Shown here piece by piece: positions 18,217 to 27,450 of a stretch of 64,000 nucleotides of DNA. The notes beneath the pieces are model-generated. The model was not told where the DNA came from. It was given only the letters and a program-made list of their open reading frames with translations, and made no database searches. This DNA is from Candidatus Woesearchaeota archaeon (GTDB lineage: Archaea; Nanobdellota; Nanobdellia; Pacearchaeales; GW2011-AR1), in contig CAYPFA010000002.1 in NCBI GenBank assembly GCA_964410025.1, forward strand, positions 15,653 to 79,652, in the 5' to 3' direction. Both the position numbers and the translations under genes were made by a program. The stretch's first letter is position 1. Every line of letters starts with the position of its first letter.

Positions 18217-20391
18217 TTAACTGAATCCCTTTAAAACCGTTGCACCTAGCAAAGACAGCCCTAAAATTGCGAGGAAAGATACAATTAAATAAAGAGATAT
18301 TCCCACTTTTAAATTCTCACCAATTTCAGCAGTTGTTTGCAAATCATCCTTTCCAGATTTAATTGTAACCAATGTAGCAGTTAATATAAATATTATTTCA
18401 ACTAAATATAACCCCACCGAAACCTGTATCCAATAAGGAGGAATCATTCCAGTTATCTTAAAAAAAGAAGTTAAAATTCCACCAACACCACCGCCAATAT
18501 TTGCAGCACCCCCTGCCCCAACACTAACCACCTTAGATAAACTAGCCAATATTGAGGTAATCATTCCAGATAAACCGACGATAATTCCCGAAAGCAATGG
18601 TGCTAAAAATGTCATATTAGACTTCATATCAGAAATAATATCTGCCAACAAATCTGTCAATCTGTCGTCAATTTTCCTAATATTTTTTACATAATCCGAA
18701 ATAGACATTAAGCTTCTTGCTGCCACTTGCAAACCTTTCTTGGAAGATTCAACTAAAATTTTCATAGATGTTTCAATTAAATGTGAAGGATAAAAAATCA
18801 AAGCTCCTCTTTTTGGATTAAATAATGCCTGCTCCACCGACATTCCCAACTGCTGTATATTCTGATTAACCAATCTGAAAAATCCTTCCGTAGAAGTTCC
18901 CTTCGTAGATTCTATAACTTTCGCAAAAGCAATTTCTGGAGGATTCCCGTCGCCCAATCTATTTCCCAATTGAAAAAGTGAAGATGTAAATTCTGCCTCC
19001 ACTTCTTTATATTTATCTCTTTCAACTAAAAGTTCTTTTGTTCTTATAGAATTTGCAATTATAAAAATCAGAGCAATCCCCAATGGCACAAGAAGTGAAA
19101 GCAAAAGTGAAAGCGTTCCCATTGGACCATAAACTATTTTATCCTGAATAGTAATGCCAAAAGCACCTGTATTTTCTCCCAAAAATCCTAAACCCAACTG
19201 ACCAAAAGTTGGATCCAAAGGAGCATTAGGAAACAAACTTCTCAAAGGCGTGAATGCCCATATTAACGGAAAAAGTCCCATCAAAATTAATGGAAATGCA
19301 ATCAAAGAAGATGTAACATATGGTTTCAAACTTGCATATTTATAATATAATGGATTCTTAGACAACATAGAAGCTTCACCATATCCACCCGGTCTTTCTA
19401 AAACAATTTTTCCCGTCATAAAAATTACAAAACAGGGAACAAGCAAATTAAAAATAACAAATAGATCATACCACTTCAACCCCTCACCCAACATTGTAGA
19501 CGCCAAAGGCAAAATAGCCAAAGATAACGTTGGCAAAACAATTCCTAACATATATAAATTTGTCAAGGGTGCTTTTACATTATGCGTATATTTTAACATC
19601 TTATCATAAACACCATCTAAAATAACTTGCAAAGATTTTTCTAAAAAAGCAACTCTTCTAGATTCCGATGGCTCAAATAAACTGGATTCAATTAAATGGA
19701 ATGCCTCAATAAACTCTAAAGAATAATCTCTCCATGTTTCCAAATAATTATCCATACTTTCTTTAACATTAGAAAACCTTCCAACTTCTACATCCCAAAA
19801 TATTTTCTTAAAATCCGATGCCAACGGTTCATCCAAATGTTCTCCGGCGAATGCTATTGCCTTTTCAAAATTACTCGTATGTTTCATATAAATTACAATA
19901 TACAAAATAGCCGGAACCATCTGAGCGCTCGCCTTCAATCTCCATTCAGTTGCAAGCGTCTTTGGAAAATTAAATGTATAATAATAAATAAACAAAGAAA
20001 GTAAGACTAGGAGTCCCAAAAGTAAAAGTGGAAATTTGTCCATAGACCCGCCCCATACAACCAACCACAAAGAAGTAATTAAAAGAAAACCTAATAAAAA
20101 AACTAATAAAAAAGATATAATAGAAAACCCCGCGGCCTCGGAAGGAGTTATGTTCAAATGTGCTATTGATATATTTTTTTGCAAATCTACACTATCTTTT
20201 TTTGACGCATTTATCCTTACTAGGTTACCAACAGTTTTACACATGGATTCATACTTACTAAAAACCGGAGTCATTTCCTGCCTAAATGTTTGATAAGATT
20301 TACTATAACCCGAAGATTGCTCACTCTGCATTTCCCCCTCTATCTTCGCACCATACTTTTTCATAATATCTTCTGTCGTTGGTTTTTCCAT
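18217..20391 (-). CDS. large polytopic membrane protein, putative FlaJ/TadC/PilC-like platform protein
   Basis: 724 aa with many TM segments and soluble loops. Assigned mainly from its position between the prepilin peptidase and the secretion ATPase. Confidence 0.45.
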   Translation of the reverse strand: MEKPTTEDIMKKYGAKIEGEMQSEQSSGYSKSYQTFRQEMTPVFSKYESMCKTVGNLVRINASKKDSVDLQKNISIAHLNITPSEAAGFSIISFLLVFLLGFLLITSLWLVVWGGSMDKFPLLLLGLLVLLSLFIYYYTFNFPKTLATEWRLKASAQMVPAILYIVIYMKHTSNFEKAIAFAGEHLDEPLASDFKKIFWDVEVGRFSNVKESMDNYLETWRDYSLEFIEAFHLIESSLFEPSESRRVAFLEKSLQVILDGVYDKMLKYTHNVKAPLTNLYMLGIVLPTLSLAILPLASTMLGEGLKWYDLFVIFNLLVPCFVIFMTGKIVLERPGGYGEASMLSKNPLYYKYASLKPYVTSSLIAFPLILMGLFPLIWAFTPLRSLFPNAPLDPTFGQLGLGFLGENTGAFGITIQDKIVYGPMGTLSLLLSLLVPLGIALIFIIANSIRTKELLVERDKYKEVEAEFTSSLFQLGNRLGDGNPPEIAFAKVIESTKGTSTEGFFRLVNQNIQQLGMSVEQALFNPKRGALIFYPSHLIETSMKILVESSKKGLQVAARSLMSISDYVKNIRKIDDRLTDLLADIISDMKSNMTFLAPLLSGIIVGLSGMITSILASLSKVVSVGAGGAANIGGGVGGILTSFFKITGMIPPYWIQVSVGLYLVEIIFILTATLVTIKSGKDDLQTTAEIGENLKVGISLYLIVSFLAILGLSLLGATVLKGFS

Positions 20392-20429
20392 TTTTATAAC
20401 ATATAAAATGGAAATATGAAAATTTCCAT
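20385..20429. promoter_or_regulatory. TTTCCAT / ATGGAAA / TTTCCAT repeat set at the 5' end of the platform gene
   Basis: Inverted repeat ATGGAAAT-N6-ATTTCCAT at 20408-20429, plus TTTCCAT at 20385-20391 overlapping the start codon. Confidence 0.4.
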
Positions 20430-20448
20430 CTCAATGAAATTTACTTTT

Positions 20449-20622
20449 TCAGTCATCTTTCACCCCTTCTTTTTGCAACTTCTCATAAACAGCTAAATCA
20501 ATAAACTGTTTCTTATTAACATATTTTAATTTATTGCTTTTTTTATTAATAAACTCTTCTACATCTTTCAAAATACCAGAATCTATCCTTACAACGCTAT
20601 CACCAGCCATTACTTTTACCAT
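20449..20622 (-). CDS. small ribbon-helix-helix-like (CopG/Arc type) protein, 57 aa
   Basis: Hand-translated MVKVMAGDSVVRIDSGILKDVEEFINKKSNKLKYVNKKQFIDLAVYEKLQKEGVKDD, a strand-helix-helix pattern. Too short for the track. Confidence 0.45.
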   Translation of the reverse strand: MVKVMAGDSVVRIDSGILKDVEEFINKKSNKLKYVNKKQFIDLAVYEKLQKEGVKDD

Positions 20623-20740
20623 CTTTATGATACTATATGTAACATTTTGTTACTTTATAAGGTTTTCTCGCAAGAGTTTAAATTGAAATATTCACAAACA
20701 TTATCCCATAAGGTTTAAACAAATAAAAAGGAGTATAGTA

Positions 20741-20836
20741 CCTCACAACTCCGCGTCAATGACGCGGAAGTTAAAATAAACAATTGCGAAGCAATTGACA
20801 ATTCACAATAAAAAAATGCGTATCCTGTTATATACA
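20741..20836 (+). repeat. bipartite-hairpin intergenic element, copy 5
   Basis: CCTCACAACT; hairpin 1 CCGCGTC-AAT-GACGCGG (20751-20767); hairpin 2 CAATTGC-GAA-GCAATTG (20781-20797); ACAATTC...CCTGTTATATA. Confidence 0.8.
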
Positions 20837-21040
20837 TCGACAAATCACCTAAACAAACCAATCTTTCTATTATGAAATTAACAATTTCTTAAAATCAGTA
20901 TATAATCAGAGAATTTAATGCCCGAGAGCCCCAGTTTTACCCAGAGCAAAGCTTCTCGAGCGGTACATAATTATGCAACAAATTCACCCTATTTAAAGCT
21001 AATTATTTGACAGAAAGCCAAATAACAAAAAAACAAGATA

Positions 21041-21151
21041 CTCACAACTCCGTGCGGGCAGCACGGAAATAATCAAATTGATTTCGCTGCAAAAAATCGC
21101 AAAAGTGAAATCAATAATTTGCCAAAAACAACGCTCTCTTCCTATTATAAA
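21041..21151 (+). repeat. bipartite-hairpin intergenic element, copy 6
   Basis: CTCACAACT; hairpin 1 CCGTGC-GGGCA-GCACGG (21050-21066); hairpin 2 TTGATTTC/GAAATCAA (21078-21114); TCTTCCTATTATAAAA. The stop of the minus gene is at 21158. Confidence 0.85.
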
Positions 21152-21157
21152 AACCAC

Positions 21158-23455
21158 TCACAATCCAGTCCGTTTAACGTTCTTATCTAACCATTTCTTC
21201 CACTCCGGGAAAACCCTATCACCCATAGGCAAACCAATTTCCATTCCGATCTTTTCCGAAGCTCTATGAAACGCATCATTTGCCAAAACAGTAAATTCTG
21301 CCTCAAGTAAATTATTATCTCCTGTCTTTTTCGCCATAGAAACAATTTCTTCTTTTATCTTTTGTCTCAGTGTAATATTGTCCCACACCGCATCCCAATT
21401 TCCTGCCCACCCCTTAACATTCGCCGCAATACTTTTAATCATTTCAGCGTCGCCATTTATCAAATCGTCCGTAGGCATAAGCTTATCGGCCTCCACATCA
21501 TACTTCATTAAATCCGAAAATCCTCCTTCAGCCAATGGGTCTTTCGTCCAATGTTTTCTAACTTCTGCAATTTCTAAAACTCTTCTAGAGGATTTTAAAC
21601 CATCAGGAGAACGAACTGGATTTGCCACTACAATGCAATCAGTCGCTTTGAAAGAAGTTACAGGAACACCCAAATCGTTTACAACTCTATCAAAAACAGC
21701 ATATGGAGACGAACCGTGAATTGTACCTGCAACCACATTTGCCAACGCACCAACTCTCATCGCTTCATAAAGTGCCTTCGCCTCTTCACTTCTAATTTCA
21801 CCCAAAATCAACGATGAATCTCCAAGTCTCAGCGAAGCTCTAATTCCCTCTTCCGCAGAAACTTCCGTTGTCTCTCCCGTCAAAGCACTTCTAACCTTCA
21901 TGGATAAAATATTATAATCTAATTTTCTCATCGCATCAATAGGAAGTTCCTGTGTATCTTCAACCGTAATAACCCTATATCTCGGCATAATCTCTAACAT
22001 TAAGGCGCCAAGCAATGAAGTCTTACCCGATGAACGAGTTCCTGCGACAATCATTGTTCTCGCACCATCAATTAAAAAACTCATTAGTCCTGCTCCAAGT
22101 CCATCAATCATTTTATTTTTCATAAACAACGGCAAAGTCCAAGGCTTATCCCTATGTCTTCTTAATGAATACGCAAGTCCTCCGATAGAAAGTGGTTGTT
22201 GAATTATAGCAACTCTCGCACTAAATGTAGACAAATTCAAACTCGTATCTAAAACGGGATTCGCCTCGTCCAAAGCACGACCAGAAATCATTCTAAACTT
22301 TGCAGCCCACGATTCCACATCCTCCTGAGAAACAACAATATTAGAAGAACATTCGTCATAATCATTATGTCTTACAAAAATCGGTGAAAGCGCAACCGGA
22401 GAATTAACCGCAATGTCTTGCAGCTTATCATCCTGCAACAAAACTTCCAAAATTCCAAAACCAACCGTATATCTAACAAGAATAGTCGCGAGTCTAGTCA
22501 CATCATTATAAGTTAAACTAATATTCTTGCTATTAGCCAGGTCCTGCAGAAGATCTCTAGCTACATTAAAAAATACCTGCCTAGTTCTCTCCACATCACT
22601 AAATTCCTTTTCCGTCGGACGATGTTCAATTAAAACATTTCTTGCAAGATTTAAAAGCATATGATGTTCCTCTCTCAAAGAATATTCTGGTGGAGACAAA
22701 TGATACATTAATTTTGCCTTAGCTTGTTCTCTAAAAATAGTAACCGTACTTTTATCATTTCCCGTCGCAATTTCATACTGATCCACAATTTCAGAACCCT
22801 CTGGAATCCTAGAAATCATTCTAGTAAATGTAAAATTTGGCATTACATCTGCTCTAAAAATTTTTGAATAAACATCCTTTGTTTCCGAATGCCCTTGTTC
22901 TGCAAATTCCACATACTTCTTAACTAAATCTAACTTATCAAAATAAGAAACAATTTTTTCAAGCGTCCAAATATAATTTTTATTATTTATACCATTTGAT
23001 CCAGCTACTCTCTGTTCCACTAAAACAGCCTTCAACGTCCTATAAGCCGCAAGGGGATCATATTTTAACAAACTATTAATAATATAACTAAGTGTATTAA
23101 ATGCTAAATTAAAATCCTCCACAAAGGAAAGTTTTTCTTTGGATAAAATTTTTTCTTGCTTCATTAAAAAATTATAAAGCGAAGCCACTTCTACCAACAT
23201 CTGAACCTGCGAAAAACTATAAGAATAGTTTCTCTGTTGCACAAGCACTACTCGCGTTATATTGGAATTTTCAGAAAGCGCATCAATCGTTCGAGCCATA
23301 ACTTGAGGAGAATCAGCAAGAGAAGGAACCGAAGCATCTCCCAAATAATTAATATACATAACGTTCTCACCAGACTCGCTAATTATCTCATAAGAGTACA
23401 ACTTTGTATCAGCTCTAAACATCATTTTCTTTTTTAAGTGGAAATGCACGAACAT
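21158..23455 (-). CDS. type II/IV secretion-family ATPase (FlaI/PilB/GspE-like) with N- and C-terminal extensions
   Basis: Walker A GTRSSGKTS; Asp box ITVEDTQEL; 765 aa. Confidence 0.85.
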   Translation of the reverse strand: MFVHFHLKKKMMFRADTKLYSYEIISESGENVMYINYLGDASVPSLADSPQVMARTIDALSENSNITRVVLVQQRNYSYSFSQVQMLVEVASLYNFLMKQEKILSKEKLSFVEDFNLAFNTLSYIINSLLKYDPLAAYRTLKAVLVEQRVAGSNGINNKNYIWTLEKIVSYFDKLDLVKKYVEFAEQGHSETKDVYSKIFRADVMPNFTFTRMISRIPEGSEIVDQYEIATGNDKSTVTIFREQAKAKLMYHLSPPEYSLREEHHMLLNLARNVLIEHRPTEKEFSDVERTRQVFFNVARDLLQDLANSKNISLTYNDVTRLATILVRYTVGFGILEVLLQDDKLQDIAVNSPVALSPIFVRHNDYDECSSNIVVSQEDVESWAAKFRMISGRALDEANPVLDTSLNLSTFSARVAIIQQPLSIGGLAYSLRRHRDKPWTLPLFMKNKMIDGLGAGLMSFLIDGARTMIVAGTRSSGKTSLLGALMLEIMPRYRVITVEDTQELPIDAMRKLDYNILSMKVRSALTGETTEVSAEEGIRASLRLGDSSLILGEIRSEEAKALYEAMRVGALANVVAGTIHGSSPYAVFDRVVNDLGVPVTSFKATDCIVVANPVRSPDGLKSSRRVLEIAEVRKHWTKDPLAEGGFSDLMKYDVEADKLMPTDDLINGDAEMIKSIAANVKGWAGNWDAVWDNITLRQKIKEEIVSMAKKTGDNNLLEAEFTVLANDAFHRASEKIGMEIGLPMGDRVFPEWKKWLDKNVKRTGL

Positions 23456-23719
23456 AACTCACGCAATCTTTTCACCTAAAAAATTAAGAATTTCTATCTA
23501 TTAAAAGATTTGTATAATTACTTTTCAAAAAGCAACTCTTATAAATACACGAAACATGAAATATTAAACAGAGGTCGTTGCGTCAACTTAAATTGCTAAA
23601 CCTCGACAAAGTCGATAAATAAGATAACATGAAATAAACTATCTTAAGCAATTTAAACTATAGATTTGCGAAGCAAGTAAATAGGAAGGTTGTTAGCAAG
23701 GAAACTTTGTGTCCTTACA

Positions 23720-24223
23720 ATGGCCGAACAACAACAAGATAATCAACTACAATTTCTTCTTTCTGATTTAGGAACAAGAATAAGAGATCTAGAAGAAAGA
23801 TCTGGCTCAATGAAAGAGAGAATTCTACTTATAGGAACAAATCTTCTAGAAACAAAAGAGGAAGTTCAACAAAAAGTTCTTCAAATAGAAAAACAAAACA
23901 ATCAACTCATATCGGAAATTAAAAAAATGAATTCAACAATAAATATGATTTCTTCTGAATTAAATAACTTTGTAAGAAAAGATGAAATTGTTTTAATAGA
24001 AAGAATGCTAAAAGATTTCCAACCACTAGAATTTGTTCGAAAAAAAGATTTAGAAGAAATGACACAAAATAAAATCAACCAAGAAACAGCAAGAGAAGAG
24101 AAGAAATCTGGCATGATTAAACCTTGGAATTCCGACGAGGGAACTAGAAGCCCCATCGAACCAAACGTCATTATACGAAACGAAAATCAAACACAAAAGA
24201 ATAAAAACCAGGAAAACAAATAA
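23720..24223 (+). CDS. coiled-coil protein, unknown function
   Basis: Start moved to ATG 23720 (MAEQQQDNQLQF...), since the track start is TTG. Heptad-like, E/K/Q/L-rich. Confidence 0.55.
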   Translation: MAEQQQDNQLQFLLSDLGTRIRDLEERSGSMKERILLIGTNLLETKEEVQQKVLQIEKQNNQLISEIKKMNSTINMISSELNNFVRKDEIVLIERMLKDFQPLEFVRKKDLEEMTQNKINQETAREEKKSGMIKPWNSDEGTRSPIEPNVIIRNENQTQKNKNQENK

Positions 24224-24228
24224 TTAAC

Positions 24229-24846
24229 ATGGGAATACTAGAGAGAGTGATAGAAATGCAACAACAGGGAATGCCTGATGGTGAAATTATTAATTCTTTA
24301 AGAAATGAAGGTATTCAACCAAAAGAAATCAACGATTCTATTGCTCAGGCAAGAATAAAAATGGCAGTTTCTCAAGAAGCTTCAGCGCCAGAAGGGTATC
24401 AAGAAAGCGCGCCTCAACAATACATAGAACCATTACCAGAACAAGAAGCTTTGCAACAAAATTATCCACAATATTCCGAAGCACCACAAGCCTATTCTAA
24501 CCAAGGAGCCTACCTAGAACAGGGCGGCATGAGTGTTGAAACAATATCTGAAATAGTAGATAGAATTGTTTCGGAAAAAATCAGAGAAATAAACTCAAAA
24601 ATAAAATCCGTTTCAGATTTTAAAACAAAAACAGAAGAAGAAATAAATGAAATAAAAGACAGGGTAAAAAGAATAGAACTTTCCATGGACAATCTACAAA
24701 GAGCGGTAATCTCTAAGGTTGGCGAAGTTGGACAATCAAATGTACTTGTTCATAAAGATCTAGATAACCTACACAATACTGTTTCCAAGCTAATGAATCC
24801 TCTAATAGATAATTATAATGAAATGAAGAAACTTAATTCTAAATAA
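24229..24846 (+). CDS. hypothetical protein: small N-terminal helical domain, Q/P/E-rich linker, C-terminal coiled coil
   Basis: Track ORF starting 5 nt after the previous stop. Confidence 0.6.
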   Translation: MGILERVIEMQQQGMPDGEIINSLRNEGIQPKEINDSIAQARIKMAVSQEASAPEGYQESAPQQYIEPLPEQEALQQNYPQYSEAPQAYSNQGAYLEQGGMSVETISEIVDRIVSEKIREINSKIKSVSDFKTKTEEEINEIKDRVKRIELSMDNLQRAVISKVGEVGQSNVLVHKDLDNLHNTVSKLMNPLIDNYNEMKKLNSK

Positions 24847-24930
24847 AAATTAATTTACCCTTCGTAGAAACAACCATCAAATGCTTTTAATAAAAATTTA
24901 ATTCTAATCAAAAGAATTGAAGAGCGTTTA

Positions 24931-25029
24931 TTCACAACTCTGTGCGAGCAGCACGGAAATAATCAAAACAAATTTTTCACAAAAAATTTGACAATTAACT
25001 TAAAAAAATACTCGTATTCTTGTTAAAAC
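24931..25029 (+). repeat. bipartite-hairpin intergenic element, copy 7
   Basis: TTCACAACT; hairpin 1 CTGTGC-GAGCA-GCACGG (24940-24956, one T-G pair); hairpin 2 CAAATTTTT/AAAAATTTG (24969-24990); ACAATT...CTTGTTAAAA. The minus gene stop is at 25031. Confidence 0.85.
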
Positions 25030-25030
25030 C

Positions 25031-25522
25031 TTATTCTCCAGGCACAACGCCGCCCTTTGTTAAAACCACAGAAACAATTGCAGCAACTACGATAAGCGCA
25101 ACCATTCCAAACCAAGACTGATCAAACCAAGATTGCACAACATCCCAACTCAGTGCCCAATTAAAAACATAACTTGATGAGAATATAAATACAATAACCA
25201 AAATAGCAAGAATAATCCATGCCACTGCCTTATTTTCAGAAACTATTTTTATAGCATCTTTTCCAGTAAACGCCAAAACTGTCATAATTAAAAATAAACA
25301 TATAAAAAAAACAGCAAACCAAGAAACATTTATTCTAACAAAATCCACAAGTCTAACGTTAACAATAAAAAAAGTAGCGATAATAAATGATAAAAACAAG
25401 GATACTAGATTATTATCTCCTAACAATTTAGTTTTCTGTAATAAAGCATAAATTAAGATAAATACAAATAAAAAAGAAATTATAGGCATAACTGTCAAAA
25501 AAGGAGAAAGAGAAATCACCAT
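25031..25522 (-). CDS. membrane protein, LQKTK-motif paralog A
   Basis: N-terminal TM ending ...FILIYALLQKTKLLGD; about 5 TM segments. Confidence 0.65.
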   Translation of the reverse strand: MVISLSPFLTVMPIISFLFVFILIYALLQKTKLLGDNNLVSLFLSFIIATFFIVNVRLVDFVRINVSWFAVFFICLFLIMTVLAFTGKDAIKIVSENKAVAWIILAILVIVFIFSSSYVFNWALSWDVVQSWFDQSWFGMVALIVVAAIVSVVLTKGGVVPGE

Positions 25523-26038
25523 TTATTTTGCAATCCAATAGATTATTCCACCAAGAGCAAGAAGTAAAACTATTCCTCCAAAATAATCAGAGAAGAAAGA
25601 AACAAAATTCATTCCAATACCGCCTCCAAACATCTCTCCCCAATTAGACCATGCCCAAATAACTACTCCAATTCCTAAAACCCAACCGATCCAACTTACA
25701 GAGCCTGGATATTTTCCCTCTTTATCCGGCTGTATAAAAAATCCTAAAAAAATCATCAAAACCAAAAATATTGCCAAAGCAACTCCGAATCTAGGAAAAA
25801 TTGTTGCAAAAAAAGTTGTAACAAAACTATTCAATAATGCCAAAAAACCAACACAAATTGCGATAACAGCATTTATTCCCTTTGCGTTACCAGCTCCAGT
25901 AGTGCCGCTAGCTTCAAACAATTTTGTCTTCTGTAAAATTGCAAAAACCATTGCGAAAATAATTAAAAATGGAAATACATAATCAAATACGCCCATGCCT
26001 TGCAACTGATTCAGCGCCACACCTATATTAAAAACCAT
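25523..26038 (-). CDS. membrane protein, LQKTK-motif paralog B
   Basis: PFLIIFAMVFAILQKTKLF. Start moved to the internal ATG (MVFNIGV...), which sits about 25 nt from a palindromic TATA-like box. Its stop abuts the start of paralog A. Confidence 0.6.
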   Translation of the reverse strand: MVFNIGVALNQLQGMGVFDYVFPFLIIFAMVFAILQKTKLFEASGTTGAGNAKGINAVIAICVGFLALLNSFVTTFFATIFPRFGVALAIFLVLMIFLGFFIQPDKEGKYPGSVSWIGWVLGIGVVIWAWSNWGEMFGGGIGMNFVSFFSDYFGGIVLLLALGGIIYWIAK

Positions 26039-26086
26039 AATCAAATAATATGAAAGGTATTTAAATATCTTTTGATTCCAATAAAT

Positions 26087-26344
26087 ATGCAAATACTAAA
26101 AACAAAAAAATCTTTTAAAAAGGAATTTAGACGACAAATTCGTCTTGCGATCACAGCGGGAATTGGATTTACCATTGCCTACGCATGGAGAGAATCCATA
26201 TTCAACACATTTGAAAATTTTATTTCTAGATTTTTTGATTTAACCAAAGGCCATTATGATACTCAAATATATACTGCTCTAACAATAACCATCTTCGGAG
26301 TAGCTCTAATATTTCTAACATCTAAAATCCTAAAAGAAAACTAA
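26087..26344 (+). CDS. small two-TM membrane protein
   Basis: MQILKTKKSFKKEFRRQIRLAITAGIGFTIAYAWRESI.... ATG 26087 preferred over the track TTG start. Confidence 0.5.
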   Translation: MQILKTKKSFKKEFRRQIRLAITAGIGFTIAYAWRESIFNTFENFISRFFDLTKGHYDTQIYTALTITIFGVALIFLTSKILKEN

Positions 26345-26415
26345 TTTTAAAGTATAATCTATAAAATAATAACAAACAATTTCTGACATACATAATAAAA
26401 TAAAAAACATTCACC

Positions 26416-26557
26416 AATCACAACTCCTCGTCACAAAGTTCGTGACTCCCAACTCACGCAACGAAGTTGCGTATATAATATAATTGATTTTTCGAAAACA
26501 AAATTCAAAAGAAAAATCAACAATTCTCAACAAAAAACTCTTCCTCCTAGTATAAAA
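26416..26557 (+). repeat. bipartite-hairpin intergenic element, copy 8 (three-hairpin subtype)
   Basis: AATCACAACTCC; extra hairpin GTCAC/GTGAC (26430-26446); CCCAACT; hairpin 1 ACGCAAC-GAA-GTTGCGT (26456-26472); hairpin 2 TTGATTTTT/AAAAATCAA (26484-26520); CAATTCTCAACAAAAAACTCTTCCTCCTAGTATAAAA. Confidence 0.85.
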
Positions 26558-26570
26558 CTAAAAACAAAGT

Positions 26571-27056
26571 TTAAGAACCAGACTTACTACCGCCGAATGC
26601 AACCCACATCGCAACTCCAATTGCCGCAATAATTAATATATTACCTATAACATTCTCGCCACTAAGCCAATCTTTAATACTTCCCCATGTACCCGTTACG
26701 TTTAAAACCAATACTACAACGAAAATAATAGCTAAAATTAAAATCATATTTTTTGTCCAGCCAGGAATAACAAAACCCTTTTCTTTATCGCTTCCTGCTG
26801 CAAATCCATATAATAAGAAAAATACCAACAAAACCACAAGCGCAACCGCAAGCCATGGCATCATATTAATAATATAATTTCTAGGAGTGGGTGTTCCTAC
26901 CAAAATTAAACCAATTGCTAAAGAAACTAATGCATCAATCTGAGATTTACCCTCACCAAGAATTTTTGTCTTTTGTAAAACTGCAAAAACTAGTACAAAA
27001 ACAAGTAAGAATGGCAATATTCCCTCTGTGAAAATTGTATTGGTAAATAAATTCAT
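26571..27056 (-). CDS. membrane protein, LQKTK-motif paralog C
   Basis: ILPFLLVFVLVFAVLQKTKILGEG; about 5 TM segments. Confidence 0.65.
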   Translation of the reverse strand: MNLFTNTIFTEGILPFLLVFVLVFAVLQKTKILGEGKSQIDALVSLAIGLILVGTPTPRNYIINMMPWLAVALVVLLVFFLLYGFAAGSDKEKGFVIPGWTKNMILILAIIFVVVLVLNVTGTWGSIKDWLSGENVIGNILIIAAIGVAMWVAFGGSKSGS

Positions 27057-27057
27057 T

Positions 27058-27348
27058 TTATTGATCGTTTCCAGTCATATCCATCTCGTCGTCATCTTCT
27101 TTCAACGGAACTGCGTTCTTGCTAATAATCAAAACATCTCCAACAGCTTTCAAAAATTGCTGAGGAACAATAACTCCTCTTGCTCCACCAAGAACTGAAC
27201 TCATTCCAGAATCTCGAGAAACAACAATTCTCCAACCATCGATTTTGTTATCAACAAGGTTAACTTCTTCCACCATTCCAAAAAGATCGCCGGAATCTGT
27301 AAAAACCTTCTTGCCAACCATTTCACTCAACTTTTTTATTTTTAACAT
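27058..27348 (-). CDS. PRC-barrel domain protein
   Basis: VGKKVFTDSGDLFGMVEEVNLVDNKIDGWRIVV. Its stop lies 1 nt from the start of paralog C. Confidence 0.7.
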   Translation of the reverse strand: MLKIKKLSEMVGKKVFTDSGDLFGMVEEVNLVDNKIDGWRIVVSRDSGMSSVLGGARGVIVPQQFLKAVGDVLIISKNAVPLKEDDDEMDMTGNDQ

Positions 27349-27450
27349 AACCTAAAGACAAAAGTCCCCTTTAAATATATTTCTATGTTATAAAATACTG
27401 GATTCGAGCATAAACATTAAATTTATAAAAAACAAATAACATCTAAATAT

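Noticed and set aside
20900-20965. GC-rich island (TGCCCGAGAGCCCCAGTTTTACCCAGAGCAAAGCTTCTCGAGCGGTACA) between element copies 5 and 6, as a possible small RNA or 30-aa ORF
   Set aside because: I could not fold it into a convincing structure or recognise C/D or H/ACA boxes. The ORFs are tiny with no translation signals. It is worth an Rfam scan but unsupported here.
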